Virus record (IMG/VR): IMGVR_UViG_3300020282_000006
Coordinates: 1 to 44,725 of that record
From: a virus
Taxonomy: Duplodnaviria > Caudoviricetes
Length of the DNA: 44,725 bases
Direction: 5' to 3' (one strand)
Shown here piece after piece: positions 36,374 to 44,725 of the stretch. Numbering within the stretch: position 1 is the stretch's first letter; each line of letters begins with the position of its first letter. A program made the translations under genes and the position numbers. The notes under the pieces are model-generated. The model was not told the DNA's origin, did no database searches, and saw only the letters and a program-made list of their open reading frames with translations.

Positions 36374-39300
36374 TTATGCCTCAGCTTTTGATTCATCAGC
36401 TATTGTTCTATAAACTAAATTACCACCTTTATCTAACTCAATTCTCATTGAACCGTTTATAATGTCAAAACCTAAATTTTCTTCAGCAGCGTTAACTAAT
36501 GTATCTACATTTTGAGTTACCGTATTGAAGTTTGTAACCACTTGTCTATTTAATTGACCTGTATCTCTATCAAAAGATAAAGTCTGTAAATTAGGGGTCA
36601 CATTTTGGTCTACATATGCCTTGTTAGCCAAGTGATTAGCACTTGTAGGCGCAACAGCAGTTTGTGGTATTGTAGTAAATGTTGTTGTATTTCCAGTTGA
36701 AGCCGATATGTTCGCACCAGAAATTGTTATTTCACCAATTACAGCAGAGTTAACGGTCAAGTTGTTTTGACCACCACCTAATTGGTTTTCAACGAATGTT
36801 CTAATTGCCTTCTCGGTAACGAGAGCATTATCAGAGTTGTCTCCTAAAGTACCATCTGTACTAAATTCTGAAACGGTTGCACCAAAATTTCCTAATGCAA
36901 CTGAACCTAGAGATAATTGTCTTAATCCAGATAAGTCAAAAGCTTCTGCGTTCAATGTTGCCTTACCTGTTGATTGTTCTACTCTAAACAATTCACCAAC
37001 TCTAAAGTTACCATCTTGGTCGGTTGATGTATAGAATACTCTACCTCTATCTAAATCAGCAACTTCATCAGCTTGGTCAGGTTGTTGTGTATAACCATTT
37101 AAGTCTGGATAATTTGTTGTTGCAATACCACCTGTACCGATATCTAGGAAGTCGTGACCTGTTAATCTGATATTTGAATAATTTTGTCTTATTGTAGCAG
37201 TTGTTCCGTGTGTTGGAGCATTTGCTTTTGAAATATTTGGCGATACTTCTAAATTTGTTATACCACCGTTAGCGTGTGAAACAACGGTTACGATAATATA
37301 ACTTACCGTTGAAGCATTTGAAAATACGATACTTGAACCTGCTTTTGGAGCGGCTGATAGACCAGAAGTCTTAACCGTTGCACCAACTGGTAAAATATCA
37401 GCATAACCATCACCGCTTACCGTTCCTGCTGTGTTCTCTTGTTTATAACCTGAACCTGCAGCTACGTAAGTCCATCTTGAAATTACACCATCGCCGATTG
37501 AAGCAGTACCTGTTCCTACCGTTGTTGCGTTAGGGTCAGTTACCGAAATTGAAGGCGCTGAAGTATATCCTTCACCACCATCTATGATTAAAAATCTTTT
37601 TATTTTTTGGTTTTCAATTACAACTCTTGCTAATGCATTTCTTGTAGGAGAACCACCGCCGGTTACGGTTACTCTCGGCTCAATCTCATAGTTTGTCGTT
37701 GCGTTAGGAGCAACTGCAACACTTGTTGGACCGAATACATCAAAACCTGCTGTACCATCTTCTTTATATACCGTAGCAGTTTTTGTTGCTGATACGTAAT
37801 CACCAATATAAGCAGTTTGACCTGAAGCCGTACCACTTGTTACCGTAATTCTCATACCATTATAGAAATCATCTGCCTGTGTATCAGCAGCCGCTAATCT
37901 AATTGTAGTTGTTGAACCACCTTGAGCAACACCAATTGTAGTAAAGTGTCCATCACCATTTGTGGTTACATCAATATGTTTGACGGCGCCGTCATCTATG
38001 TCAGCAGTAAAGTTAGCATTTGCGCCTGAACCTGTAATTGTTTCTGTAGCAGACGTGTAAGTTTCACCTGCGTATTCTTGTTCTAATCTGTAAACACCAG
38101 CGTTTGATACTAATGCTCTACCAATGATTGCCTCATTATCTCTTGTAGTTACCGTTGTTGTTGTAGGTGTTTCGTTAGGGTCAACACCTGAAGCAACTGA
38201 ACCTTTTTCACCATAAGAGTTGTTAGAGTTTAGTGAACGCATTACACCACCTGAATCTACTAGATAACCTACGTGGCAGTAATAAGTGAATACTGATACT
38301 AATTCTGATTTTGCACCATTCAATAACCAAACACCGATACCGTTATCTATAACCTGTGTAAAGTCATTTGCAAGAATTGATTTATTACCTGCATTGTGTA
38401 AAGAACCATCAATCTTAATACCGATTGCTCTAGTACCAATTGATGAGCAGTTTTGTACGAAAGGTGACCTTGCAACAATATGAACAGACGTATCTGTTGG
38501 ACCTGTTCCTGGGTCAAGAGCACAAACAACACCAGTTGCTGTTGCACCTGTACCTGTTGTTGGTCTTGTAATACCATCTGCACTAGCTGAACCTTGTAAT
38601 TGTCCTGTCATACCACTAAATGTCATACCAGATAATGTACAAGAGTCATTTAATCTAAACATTGTCTGTCTGTTATTCGGTGTTGAACCATCACTTGAAA
38701 TACCAGCACCTGAACCATTGTTAGTTGTAGTATCTGGCGAAACGGTAACACTTCGTAAGTTGTCACCTATGATAGCAGTTTTTCTAGGAACCGTAATCGG
38801 TAATTGTTCAGTATATGTTCCTGTTGCAACTTTAATTGTTTTGAAATTTGTAGCGTCTGAAGCTAATTGTGTACAAGCATATTTAATTGTTCTCCAAGGT
38901 AATTCAGGAGAAGTACCTCTACCTGTATCTGTATTATCAGCACCTGAAGTAGATACGTAATAAACTTTATCTGAAACATTTGGTAATGCCCAAACAATAT
39001 CTGTACCATCTGATTTTAGGAAAGTACCAGCAGCGCCGATTGGTAATCTAACTCGTTGAGTTGCGTCTCTAGTTAGTATATCACCTCTTGTAGTTAGAGT
39101 TGCGTTTGAATCTCCTTCTGCAAGTAAGTCCCAAGAAGTTTGACCTGAAACATCTGGTCTGTTTGAAGCTGATGATGTATGATTTGTTTTTGCTCTGTAT
39201 GAAGATGAGCCGTGTGATACTGCGTCACCAATTTTGTAAGCAGTACCTGTTGCCCAATTGTTTCTCCAATATAAACCTTCAACAACTAAATCCCAATATG

Positions 39301-40075
39301 AGTTAGTTGTACCTGTTGGTTCTTGACCTGTGCCATCAATTTTAGCCACATAATAATGACCACCGTGATTAACGGTATCACCAGTTTTGTATGCTGTTGA
39401 GTTTGACCAAGTACCTGTATTGTTAAATCCTGTTGTTAATAATTTCCAATCTGAAGAGTTGTTATAAGGTATAACGTTATTGTTTGCTCTTTCAGCAACA
39501 TAGTTATAACCGCCGTAGGTTACTATGTCACCTAATTGGTATAAAGTTGATGAAGACCAAGAGTCTTCAAATTCTAATCCTGATACGAATAAAGTAAATT
39601 TAGTTTCATCTAAAGTTGCACCTGAAGATGTATGTTGAGTTGTACATAGATATGTGTTTGCACCATATTTAACTATGTCATCATTTCTGTAAGATGTTGA
39701 AGTTTGCCAATCACCTCTCCAAGCTAAACCAGCAGCGAATGTTTGCCATTTAGCATTATCGTCATATAAGTCTGCTTGTGAAGTATGACCTGTTAAACAT
39801 CTGTATGTTGAACCACCAAAGGTTACAATGTCGTCAACTTTGTAAAGAGTAGTTGACGCCCAATTTCCTTTGTATTCAAAACCGCCGGCCATTTTTGCCC
39901 ATTTAGGCGTTGCGTGGTTTAAATCTGTGTAAAAATCTGCTGAAGCTGTATGGTTTACTTTACATACAAACGCATTACCACCATAAGTAAGTACGTCATC
40001 TTTGATATAAGCGGTTCCGGTTGACCAAGCACCCTTGAAGTGAAACTTTAATCTACCTAGTACAAAATCTGCCAT
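36374..40075 (-). CDS. Large tail fibre/spike-like protein: six CBM5/12-like repeats plus beta-helix-like region
   Basis: Tandem G.W...T.Y..DDIV.YGG..Y.C repeats; YYVSTSG.D...G.....PWRTI beta-helix cap; GDNLR, SPFVQNC and RLTGHDFLDIG motifs. Confidence 0.78.
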   Translation of the reverse strand: MADFVLGRLKFHFKGAWSTGTAYIKDDVLTYGGNAFVCKVNHTASADFYTDLNHATPKWAKMAGGFEYKGNWASTTLYKVDDIVTFGGSTYRCLTGHTSQADLYDDNAKWQTFAAGLAWRGDWQTSTSYRNDDIVKYGANTYLCTTQHTSSGATLDETKFTLFVSGLEFEDSWSSSTLYQLGDIVTYGGYNYVAERANNNVIPYNNSSDWKLLTTGFNNTGTWSNSTAYKTGDTVNHGGHYYVAKIDGTGQEPTGTTNSYWDLVVEGLYWRNNWATGTAYKIGDAVSHGSSSYRAKTNHTSSASNRPDVSGQTSWDLLAEGDSNATLTTRGDILTRDATQRVRLPIGAAGTFLKSDGTDIVWALPNVSDKVYYVSTSGADNTDTGRGTSPELPWRTIKYACTQLASDATNFKTIKVATGTYTEQLPITVPRKTAIIGDNLRSVTVSPDTTTNNGSGAGISSDGSTPNNRQTMFRLNDSCTLSGMTFSGMTGQLQGSASADGITRPTTGTGATATGVVCALDPGTGPTDTSVHIVARSPFVQNCSSIGTRAIGIKIDGSLHNAGNKSILANDFTQVIDNGIGVWLLNGAKSELVSVFTYYCHVGYLVDSGGVMRSLNSNNSYGEKGSVASGVDPNETPTTTTVTTRDNEAIIGRALVSNAGVYRLEQEYAGETYTSATETITGSGANANFTADIDDGAVKHIDVTTNGDGHFTTIGVAQGGSTTTIRLAAADTQADDFYNGMRITVTSGTASGQTAYIGDYVSATKTATVYKEDGTAGFDVFGPTSVAVAPNATTNYEIEPRVTVTGGGSPTRNALARVVIENQKIKRFLIIDGGEGYTSAPSISVTDPNATTVGTGTASIGDGVISRWTYVAAGSGYKQENTAGTVSGDGYADILPVGATVKTSGLSAAPKAGSSIVFSNASTVSYIIVTVVSHANGGITNLEVSPNISKANAPTHGTTATIRQNYSNIRLTGHDFLDIGTGGIATTNYPDLNGYTQQPDQADEVADLDRGRVFYTSTDQDGNFRVGELFRVEQSTGKATLNAEAFDLSGLRQLSLGSVALGNFGATVSEFSTDGTLGDNSDNALVTEKAIRTFVENQLGGGQNNLTVNSAVIGEITISGANISASTGNTTTFTTIPQTAVAPTSANHLANKAYVDQNVTPNLQTLSFDRDTGQLNRQVVTNFNTVTQNVDTLVNAAEENLGFDIINGSMRIELDKGGNLVYRTIADESKAEA
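39113..40045 (-). repeat. Six tandem ~50-aa CBM5/12-like protein repeats
   Basis: Units begin FHFKGAW, FEYKGNW, LAWRGDW, LEFEDSW, FNNTGTW, LYWRNNW. Confidence 0.85.
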
Positions 40076-40097
40076 TGTTCGTTCCTATATTTCCTTA

Positions 40098-40544
40098 TTA
40101 TGTGGTCCAGTTTCCAGTTGCACCATCTTTTGAGCTATACGTATATTCACTTCCAATTCTCAATATCAAATAGCCTTCATCATTAATAAAGTATGTCGCT
40201 TTATTTTCATCAAAAACGTGTTGCTCATAGTTTCTAAATTTAGTATTAGCAAGTCGTGGGTCATTTGTTGAATTATACTCAACAGGTATATCATTAATAT
40301 TATGACCTACTCCATAAGGACCACTCGCATATTCCATTTCATTCGTTTGAAAAGAACCAACAGAGTTGTAAGCAGTACCCTCACCATTGTCCATTTTAAT
40401 AGTGTCTCCACTATACCAATTTACTTTACTATAAGTTAAAAGACCATCAGCGTCTCTCTTCATTCCGTGGAGAGCATATTCACTAGTAATAACTTTACCA
40501 TTTGCGTCTTTAGCATTGTAAACTTTATTAACTACTAGTGCCAT
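40098..40544 (-). CDS. Hypothetical virion-associated protein
   Basis: ORF with AGGAG SD behind a late promoter. Confidence 0.7.
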   Translation of the reverse strand: MALVVNKVYNAKDANGKVITSEYALHGMKRDADGLLTYSKVNWYSGDTIKMDNGEGTAYNSVGSFQTNEMEYASGPYGVGHNINDIPVEYNSTNDPRLANTKFRNYEQHVFDENKATYFINDEGYLILRIGSEYTYSSKDGATGNWTT

Positions 40545-40575
40545 TCTGGTCTTCTCCTAACTTAAATTCTATCTA

Positions 40576-40583
40576 TATTTATA
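40576..40583 (-). promoter_or_regulatory. T4-type late promoter
   Basis: TATAAATA. Confidence 0.85.
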
Positions 40584-40590
40584 AAAGTTT

Positions 40591-40920
40591 TTAACTTAAT
40601 TCTAATATAGATAAAAAACATTCCATATTAGCTACATCACCATAAATTCTGATTATATCGCCAGCCTCTAAATTTAGAGGTTTATCCATCTGTAAAGTGT
40701 CATTTGGTGGTACCTCACCATCTTTAATAACGTGTCTGAACGTTGTACCGCCATCTGTCGTAATTTTGATTGTCCCTTTAGAAGTACCTGATGGATTTAG
40801 GTTTGATATCATACAAGCGTGGATAACTGCTTTTGTGCCTGCTGGACACGTATAAACGTTAGCACTTGCCGAATCACCTACATTTAGAGCTGCACCTGCA
40901 TTTATAAACGAACTTGCCAT
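40591..40920 (-). CDS. Small beta-sandwich virion protein
   Basis: YTCPAGT.A......SN and KPLNLEAGD motifs; follows the gene ending AIALGG. Confidence 0.7.
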   Translation of the reverse strand: MASSFINAGAALNVGDSASANVYTCPAGTKAVIHACMISNLNPSGTSKGTIKITTDGGTTFRHVIKDGEVPPNDTLQMDKPLNLEAGDIIRIYGDVANMECFLSILELS

Positions 40921-40921
40921 A

Positions 40922-41353
40922 TTATCCTCCTAATGCGATAGCAAATGCTACTGCGTCACCTTCAGCTGCTAAAGGGTCACCTGTAGCAGTACCATCTTTT
41001 GTTAAATTTCCAGTTGTGATAACATCACCAGAAACGTTAGGCAATCTTACTATTCTATCACCAGTAGGCTCAACAACTTTTAAAGTAGTTTCAAAAGCGT
41101 TTTCTAATAATCCTTCAAATACTAAATTTGAACCATTTAAGATTAAATCGTTTGTAGTTATATTACCGTTAGTGGTAACGTCTTGTAAAATTACTGAACC
41201 TGCACCACCTAGCTCTCTAACCGTACCATTGTTAAGTTTTGTAAAAAACTTACCATCAGAGGCGTTCATAGCCAACTCACCAACTTCAAGGGCTGAAGAT
41301 GATGGTATTCTTAATGATACCTCTGTTCTTTTTGGTTTAATTACGGTTGCCAT
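40922..41353 (-). CDS. Short tail-fibre-like protein
   Basis: IK.KR...P....LEVGELAMN..DGKFF fibre N-terminus; C-terminal AIALGG. Confidence 0.7.
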   Translation of the reverse strand: MATVIKPKRTEVSLRIPSSSALEVGELAMNASDGKFFTKLNNGTVRELGGAGSVILQDVTTNGNITTNDLILNGSNLVFEGLLENAFETTLKVVEPTGDRIVRLPNVSGDVITTGNLTKDGTATGDPLAAEGDAVAFAIALGG

Positions 41354-41592
41354 TATTTTCTTCTATTTCTTACTTTATATTTAATTCTGTTAATTAATTT
41401 GTCTTTAGTTAATCGTCTGTCTAATTCTATACCGATTTTTCTACCGATAATCTCTAATTCTTTTTTTGTTTTATATTCTAAATCAACAAGTTTAACTTCT
41501 TTACTTTTCTTTTTGCCTGATAAGTATTTTACTTGTTTATCATCATAAGATTTTAAAACACTATCCCACCATTTTCTAATCACACAAAACAC
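41353..41592 (-). CDS. Small basic protein with Rho_N/HeH-like motif
   Basis: L..KTKKELE.IGR.IGIELDRRLTKDKLI. Confidence 0.55.
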   Translation of the reverse strand: MFCVIRKWWDSVLKSYDDKQVKYLSGKKKSKEVKLVDLEYKTKKELEIIGRKIGIELDRRLTKDKLINRIKYKVRNRRK

Positions 41593-43310
41593 TAGAAAGA
41601 ACCTCCGTCAATTGTGGTTACGGTTACATCACCTGTTGTTACCGTGAAATTATCTGAACTAAACTTAGCAACACCGATATTTGAATTACTTGCTAATTCA
41701 CCTGCGATTGTCAATTTATTTCCGTTAGCAGTTGTGTTCATACCCTCACCTGCCAAGAACTCTAAAGTACCTTCTAAAGATACTTGACCTTGCGTTGAAC
41801 TTTCATCTGTAAAGAATATTGTAGGATTTGCCAGTTTAGAAGTTGCAATTGAACCACCTAACATAGCATTTGTAATACCAGCTGCTTTAACTCTTAATGC
41901 GTCTGTAGCTACTTCAATTGAAGAGTCATCTACTTCAACATCAAGTCTATTACCTGTTTTACTTAAAGCGGCACCAGAGTCTATTTGACCTGCACCAGAG
42001 AATTGTGCTACATCTAAAGCAGTTGTTCCAAAAGTTGGAGCACCTGTATGTGTAAATACATAACCGTTATCTGCGTTAGCAGTACCTTCTTCTACGAATA
42101 CGAAAGCGCCACCTGATAATTCACTTGGTTGGTCTTCAGGAGTTGCTCTTGTTAATACAAAGGCAGTTGAACCATCACCTTGCGTTGTTACCGAATAGAT
42201 ACCGTTTTCAGAAGCTGTTGTTTGATTTTTAACTAAAAGTCTATCGCCAACTGAAAGTGAAACACCGTCAACTACGATAGCACCATTTGAACCTGCTGTT
42301 AATGTTGCACCAACACCTGAACTTCCGTTATCGTAAGTTGCTGATAAGTCAGCAGTAGTACCTGCTCTACAAGATGGTTTAGTATCTAAACCTTGAGCGA
42401 CTTGGTCAACATATGCTTTGTTTGCTAATGATTGACTATCAAAACCACTTCTATCTTCATAACCACTAGGAACTTTTACCGTACCTGTGCCGTGAGGAGA
42501 TAAATTAATATCTTTGTTTGAAGCACCAGTTGACATTGTTTGACCATTAATTGTAATGTCATCAATAACTAGTGAAGTTAAACCTGCAATATCTGTTGTT
42601 GTAGAACCTAAAGTTAATACAGACGAACCTAAAGTAGTTTCACCATTTGTTGATAACTTAGCATTGGTTACTGCGTCATCAGCTATTTGGTTTGTGTTTA
42701 CACCTGAATCTGTAATGTTAAAGGTTACGTTGTTATTTGTGATTGCTGAATCAAGACCAGTACCACCTGTAAATGTCAAAGTCTCATTAGTATTATAAAC
42801 GTCTGTACCTGTATCGCCAGCTAAATCTATGTTTGAAAAGATTGTCTCAAAAGATAAATTACCAGAACCATCAGTTTTCATAAACTGACCTGCTGTACCA
42901 TCGCCATTAGGTAATGTGAAAGTTGTTGTAGCAGATACGCTGTTAGGTGCTTTTAAGGCAATAAAGTTTGAACCGTTATTAGTACCCTCATTTATCTTAA
43001 CTTGACCACCAGCAGTTGCTGAATTACCTATGATTAATTCGTCTATTGATTTATTTGAGTCAACAATTATTGTTGAGTTAGCAGTTAATGTACCGTGAGC
43101 GTGGTCATTTAAATCTGCAAAATATTTACCGCCAATTATATCAATACTAGTTGCGTCACCATTTCCATCAATTGAACCTGTACCTATGAATAATCTATCA
43201 CCTAGGTTTGCTTGTGAACCTGTACCGAATGTTAATGCTAATTCACCTTGTTTTAGTGTTGAAGGTGCTGAAGTTGCGGAACTTCTTTTTATCTGAATTA
43301 TAGTTGCCAT
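41592..43310 (-). CDS. Tail fibre protein
   Basis: IQIKRS...P..L.QGELA, NKAYVD, DRLLVKNQT..SENGIY, C-terminal IDGGSF; Gly/Thr-rich. Confidence 0.8.
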   Translation of the reverse strand: MATIIQIKRSSATSAPSTLKQGELALTFGTGSQANLGDRLFIGTGSIDGNGDATSIDIIGGKYFADLNDHAHGTLTANSTIIVDSNKSIDELIIGNSATAGGQVKINEGTNNGSNFIALKAPNSVSATTTFTLPNGDGTAGQFMKTDGSGNLSFETIFSNIDLAGDTGTDVYNTNETLTFTGGTGLDSAITNNNVTFNITDSGVNTNQIADDAVTNAKLSTNGETTLGSSVLTLGSTTTDIAGLTSLVIDDITINGQTMSTGASNKDINLSPHGTGTVKVPSGYEDRSGFDSQSLANKAYVDQVAQGLDTKPSCRAGTTADLSATYDNGSSGVGATLTAGSNGAIVVDGVSLSVGDRLLVKNQTTASENGIYSVTTQGDGSTAFVLTRATPEDQPSELSGGAFVFVEEGTANADNGYVFTHTGAPTFGTTALDVAQFSGAGQIDSGAALSKTGNRLDVEVDDSSIEVATDALRVKAAGITNAMLGGSIATSKLANPTIFFTDESSTQGQVSLEGTLEFLAGEGMNTTANGNKLTIAGELASNSNIGVAKFSSDNFTVTTGDVTVTTIDGGSF

Positions 43311-43319
43311 TTTTTATTC

Positions 43320-43568
43320 CTAAAAGTTACCACAATTAAACAAGAGCGTTCCGGTTGTGGTTACTATCTCCGTTCTGGTTACAAACTTACCGTCTGAAGC
43401 TCTATATTGTAATAATGCACCATCATTTAATTCTGTTGTGTCAACGTCACCTAATAATTTTAATTGTAAAGTGCTATTCCCAGCTGCCTGAGCAGAGGGT
43501 AAGGTTACTGCTACTTTTTGTGGACCGGCACTTGTATTTACATTAATTTTTGCTGTTATATCAGGCAT
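43320..43568 (-). CDS. Small fibre-associated protein
   Basis: L.DVD....DGALLQY motif, C-terminal NCGNF. Confidence 0.65.
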   Translation of the reverse strand: MPDITAKINVNTSAGPQKVAVTLPSAQAAGNSTLQLKLLGDVDTTELNDGALLQYRASDGKFVTRTEIVTTTGTLLFNCGNF

Positions 43569-43588
43569 AAATCTTTCCCTCTTTTCTA

Positions 43589-43596
43589 TATTTATA
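43589..43596 (-). promoter_or_regulatory. T4-type late promoter
   Basis: TATAAATA. Confidence 0.85.
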
Positions 43597-43613
43597 ACGA
43601 AAACGAGTTAGAA

Positions 43614-43949
43614 TTAAGTAGTAACCTGTGGTCTAACAGAGATTATTCCTTCAATAACTCTTGTAACCACATCACCTGTTTGAATTTCTAGGTCATAAAC
43701 ATACCTAGTATCTTCAAGAGCTGCTGTTTGAGTTGCTGAAAGGCCAAGGGTTACTACACCCGAGGCTGCGTCTGAAGCGATTGTTGTTGTGAAATCTTGT
43801 CTAGTCTGCGTGGATTGATAGCCCTTTGCTAACTTTGCTCTGGCAGTATATCCTGACAGATTGAATGGGTTACCATTAGCGTCTTTTACGGTGACATCCG
43901 AGGTAAAAGTTGCGCCTTGGTCTACTTGTAAGTTAGCAATTGCGGCCAT
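43614..43949 (-). CDS. BppU-N-like Ig-fold virion protein
   Basis: DQGATF, NLSGYT, L.LSATQT..L, YVYDLEI, RVIEG...V.PQVT. Confidence 0.7.
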   Translation of the reverse strand: MAAIANLQVDQGATFTSDVTVKDANGNPFNLSGYTARAKLAKGYQSTQTRQDFTTTIASDAASGVVTLGLSATQTAALEDTRYVYDLEIQTGDVVTRVIEGIISVRPQVTT

Positions 43950-44168
43950 CTATTTTTTCTCTTCTACTTTAATCTCTGTTTCTGGTGCTTCTTTTTTTAT
44001 TAATTCTACTATTTTAGCGTTATAATGATTAGTCAAAACATCAATTTTTTCAAGCTCAAGTTTGTGTCTCGTTGCATTGACCTGGATTTCTTGTCTTACC
44101 ACTAGGTAATTCTGTAATTCAGGACTGAATTTTGTCTCATCATATTGTTTACCATCTATTGTAATCAT
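43950..44168 (-). CDS. Hypothetical protein (ITIDGK.Y plus coiled coil)
   Basis: AAGGAG SD and late promoter. Confidence 0.7.
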   Translation of the reverse strand: MITIDGKQYDETKFSPELQNYLVVRQEIQVNATRHKLELEKIDVLTNHYNAKIVELIKKEAPETEIKVEEKK

Positions 44169-44191
44169 ATTATATACTCCTTATACCATAC

Positions 44192-44210
44192 TATTTATAC
44201 GATATAAATA
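44192..44210. promoter_or_regulatory. Back-to-back divergent late promoters
   Basis: TATTTATA-cga-TATAAATA. Confidence 0.8.
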
Positions 44211-44241
44211 ACTATATGAAGATTAAAAAAAGGAGAAAATT

Positions 44242-44577
44242 ATGGCATTTTGGTCATTAGCCAGTTATACTAGACCTGATACTTCAAAAGAGTTTTATAT
44301 CAGAAAAGATGAAGCTGAGGTATTAGCGACACCTTTAGGTCAAAAGATTAGTGAATATATGAATACGGATCCTAAAAAGATTATTCATTATGAAAGAAAA
44401 ATATCAGACGATAGTTTAATACAATATTTCAAAGTTGGATTTAAAGACGAAGAAACTTACAATGAGTTTACGGCATTAACTGATTTTTCAGATTCAAGAA
44501 CTGAACAAGCAGCTTGGTGTTCAGCAAATGGTCTCACTTACGAATTAATCACAGGCGAAGAAGAACCTATAATCTAG
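44242..44577 (+). CDS. Hypothetical protein; the only convincing plus-strand gene
   Basis: AAGGAG SD, upstream TATAAATA, no competing minus-strand ORF. Confidence 0.8.
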   Translation: MAFWSLASYTRPDTSKEFYIRKDEAEVLATPLGQKISEYMNTDPKKIIHYERKISDDSLIQYFKVGFKDEETYNEFTALTDFSDSRTEQAAWCSANGLTYELITGEEEPII

Positions 44578-44725
44578 TTTATAGATTTATGAGGTAAAAA
44601 TATCTTATCAGTAGTCGCAGCTATATTCTGCCAACATAAATCGCTATCAGGATTACAAGTTGCATATAGACCAGGCAACACTTTATAACCTAAATCATTA
44701 TCTAATAATCTTACAACTCTTTTTA
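44574..44725 (-). CDS. C-terminal end of a hypothetical protein entering from outside the window
   Basis: Manual translation ...KRVVRLLDNDLGYKVLPGLYATCNPDSDLCWQNIAATTDKIFLPHKSIN*. Confidence 0.55.
   Translation of the reverse strand, partial: KRVVRLLDNDLGYKVLPGLYATCNPDSDLCWQNIAATTDKIFLPHKSIN

Noticed and set aside
26853-40075. Diversity-generating retroelement or invertible cassette explaining the paralogous adhesins
   Set aside because: No reverse transcriptase, recombinase or near-identical nucleotide repeat pair seen; similarity is only at the diverged protein level.
1610-43546. Numerous plus-strand and nested minus-strand ORFs in the track (e.g. 1610..1876, 4483..4824, 13529..13915, 18109..18447, 40914..41384, 27239..27502)
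   Set aside because: They lie within or opposite well-supported genes and show no recognisable motifs; shadow ORFs.
1-44725. tRNAs, CRISPR arrays, introns, inteins, homing endonucleases
   Set aside because: Intergenic gaps are short with no cloverleaf or repeat-spacer pattern seen, and core genes are of normal uninterrupted length. A tRNAscan/Infernal run would confirm.
1-44725. Cyanophage assignment based on bilin genes and mazG
   Set aside because: The reductase is PcyX-type rather than PebS/PcyA, no photosynthesis genes appear in the window, and an alphaproteobacterial-type LexA box is present. Not fully excluded without phylogeny.

Overview
AT-rich fragment of a T4-like marine myovirus genome, with almost all genes on the minus strand. 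Gene content and an alphaproteobacterial LexA-type box suggest a pelagimyophage-like phage (HTVC008M-like); the host assignment is inference. Read in transcription direction (right to left) the window has five parts. (1) A fibre/adhesin cluster with three paralogous RCC1-propeller proteins and a protein with six CBM5/12-like repeats. (2) A bilin cassette: a degenerate heme-oxygenase paralog, hemO and pcyX. (3) The T4 neck, terminase, tail and head core (gp13-gp23, gp3). (4) uvsY, uvsW, gp55, gp47, a 2OG-Fe(II) oxygenase and gp46. (5) Peptide deformylase, a DruA/DUF4338-like protein, mazG and a truncated HExxH/VWA protein. T4 late promoters (TATAAATA), several sigma70-type promoters and one clear intrinsic terminator are visible. 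The best candidate for an undescribed system is the three-gene pseudo-HO/HemO/PcyX operon embedded in the late virion region. All family calls come from motif recognition by eye; no database search was run.
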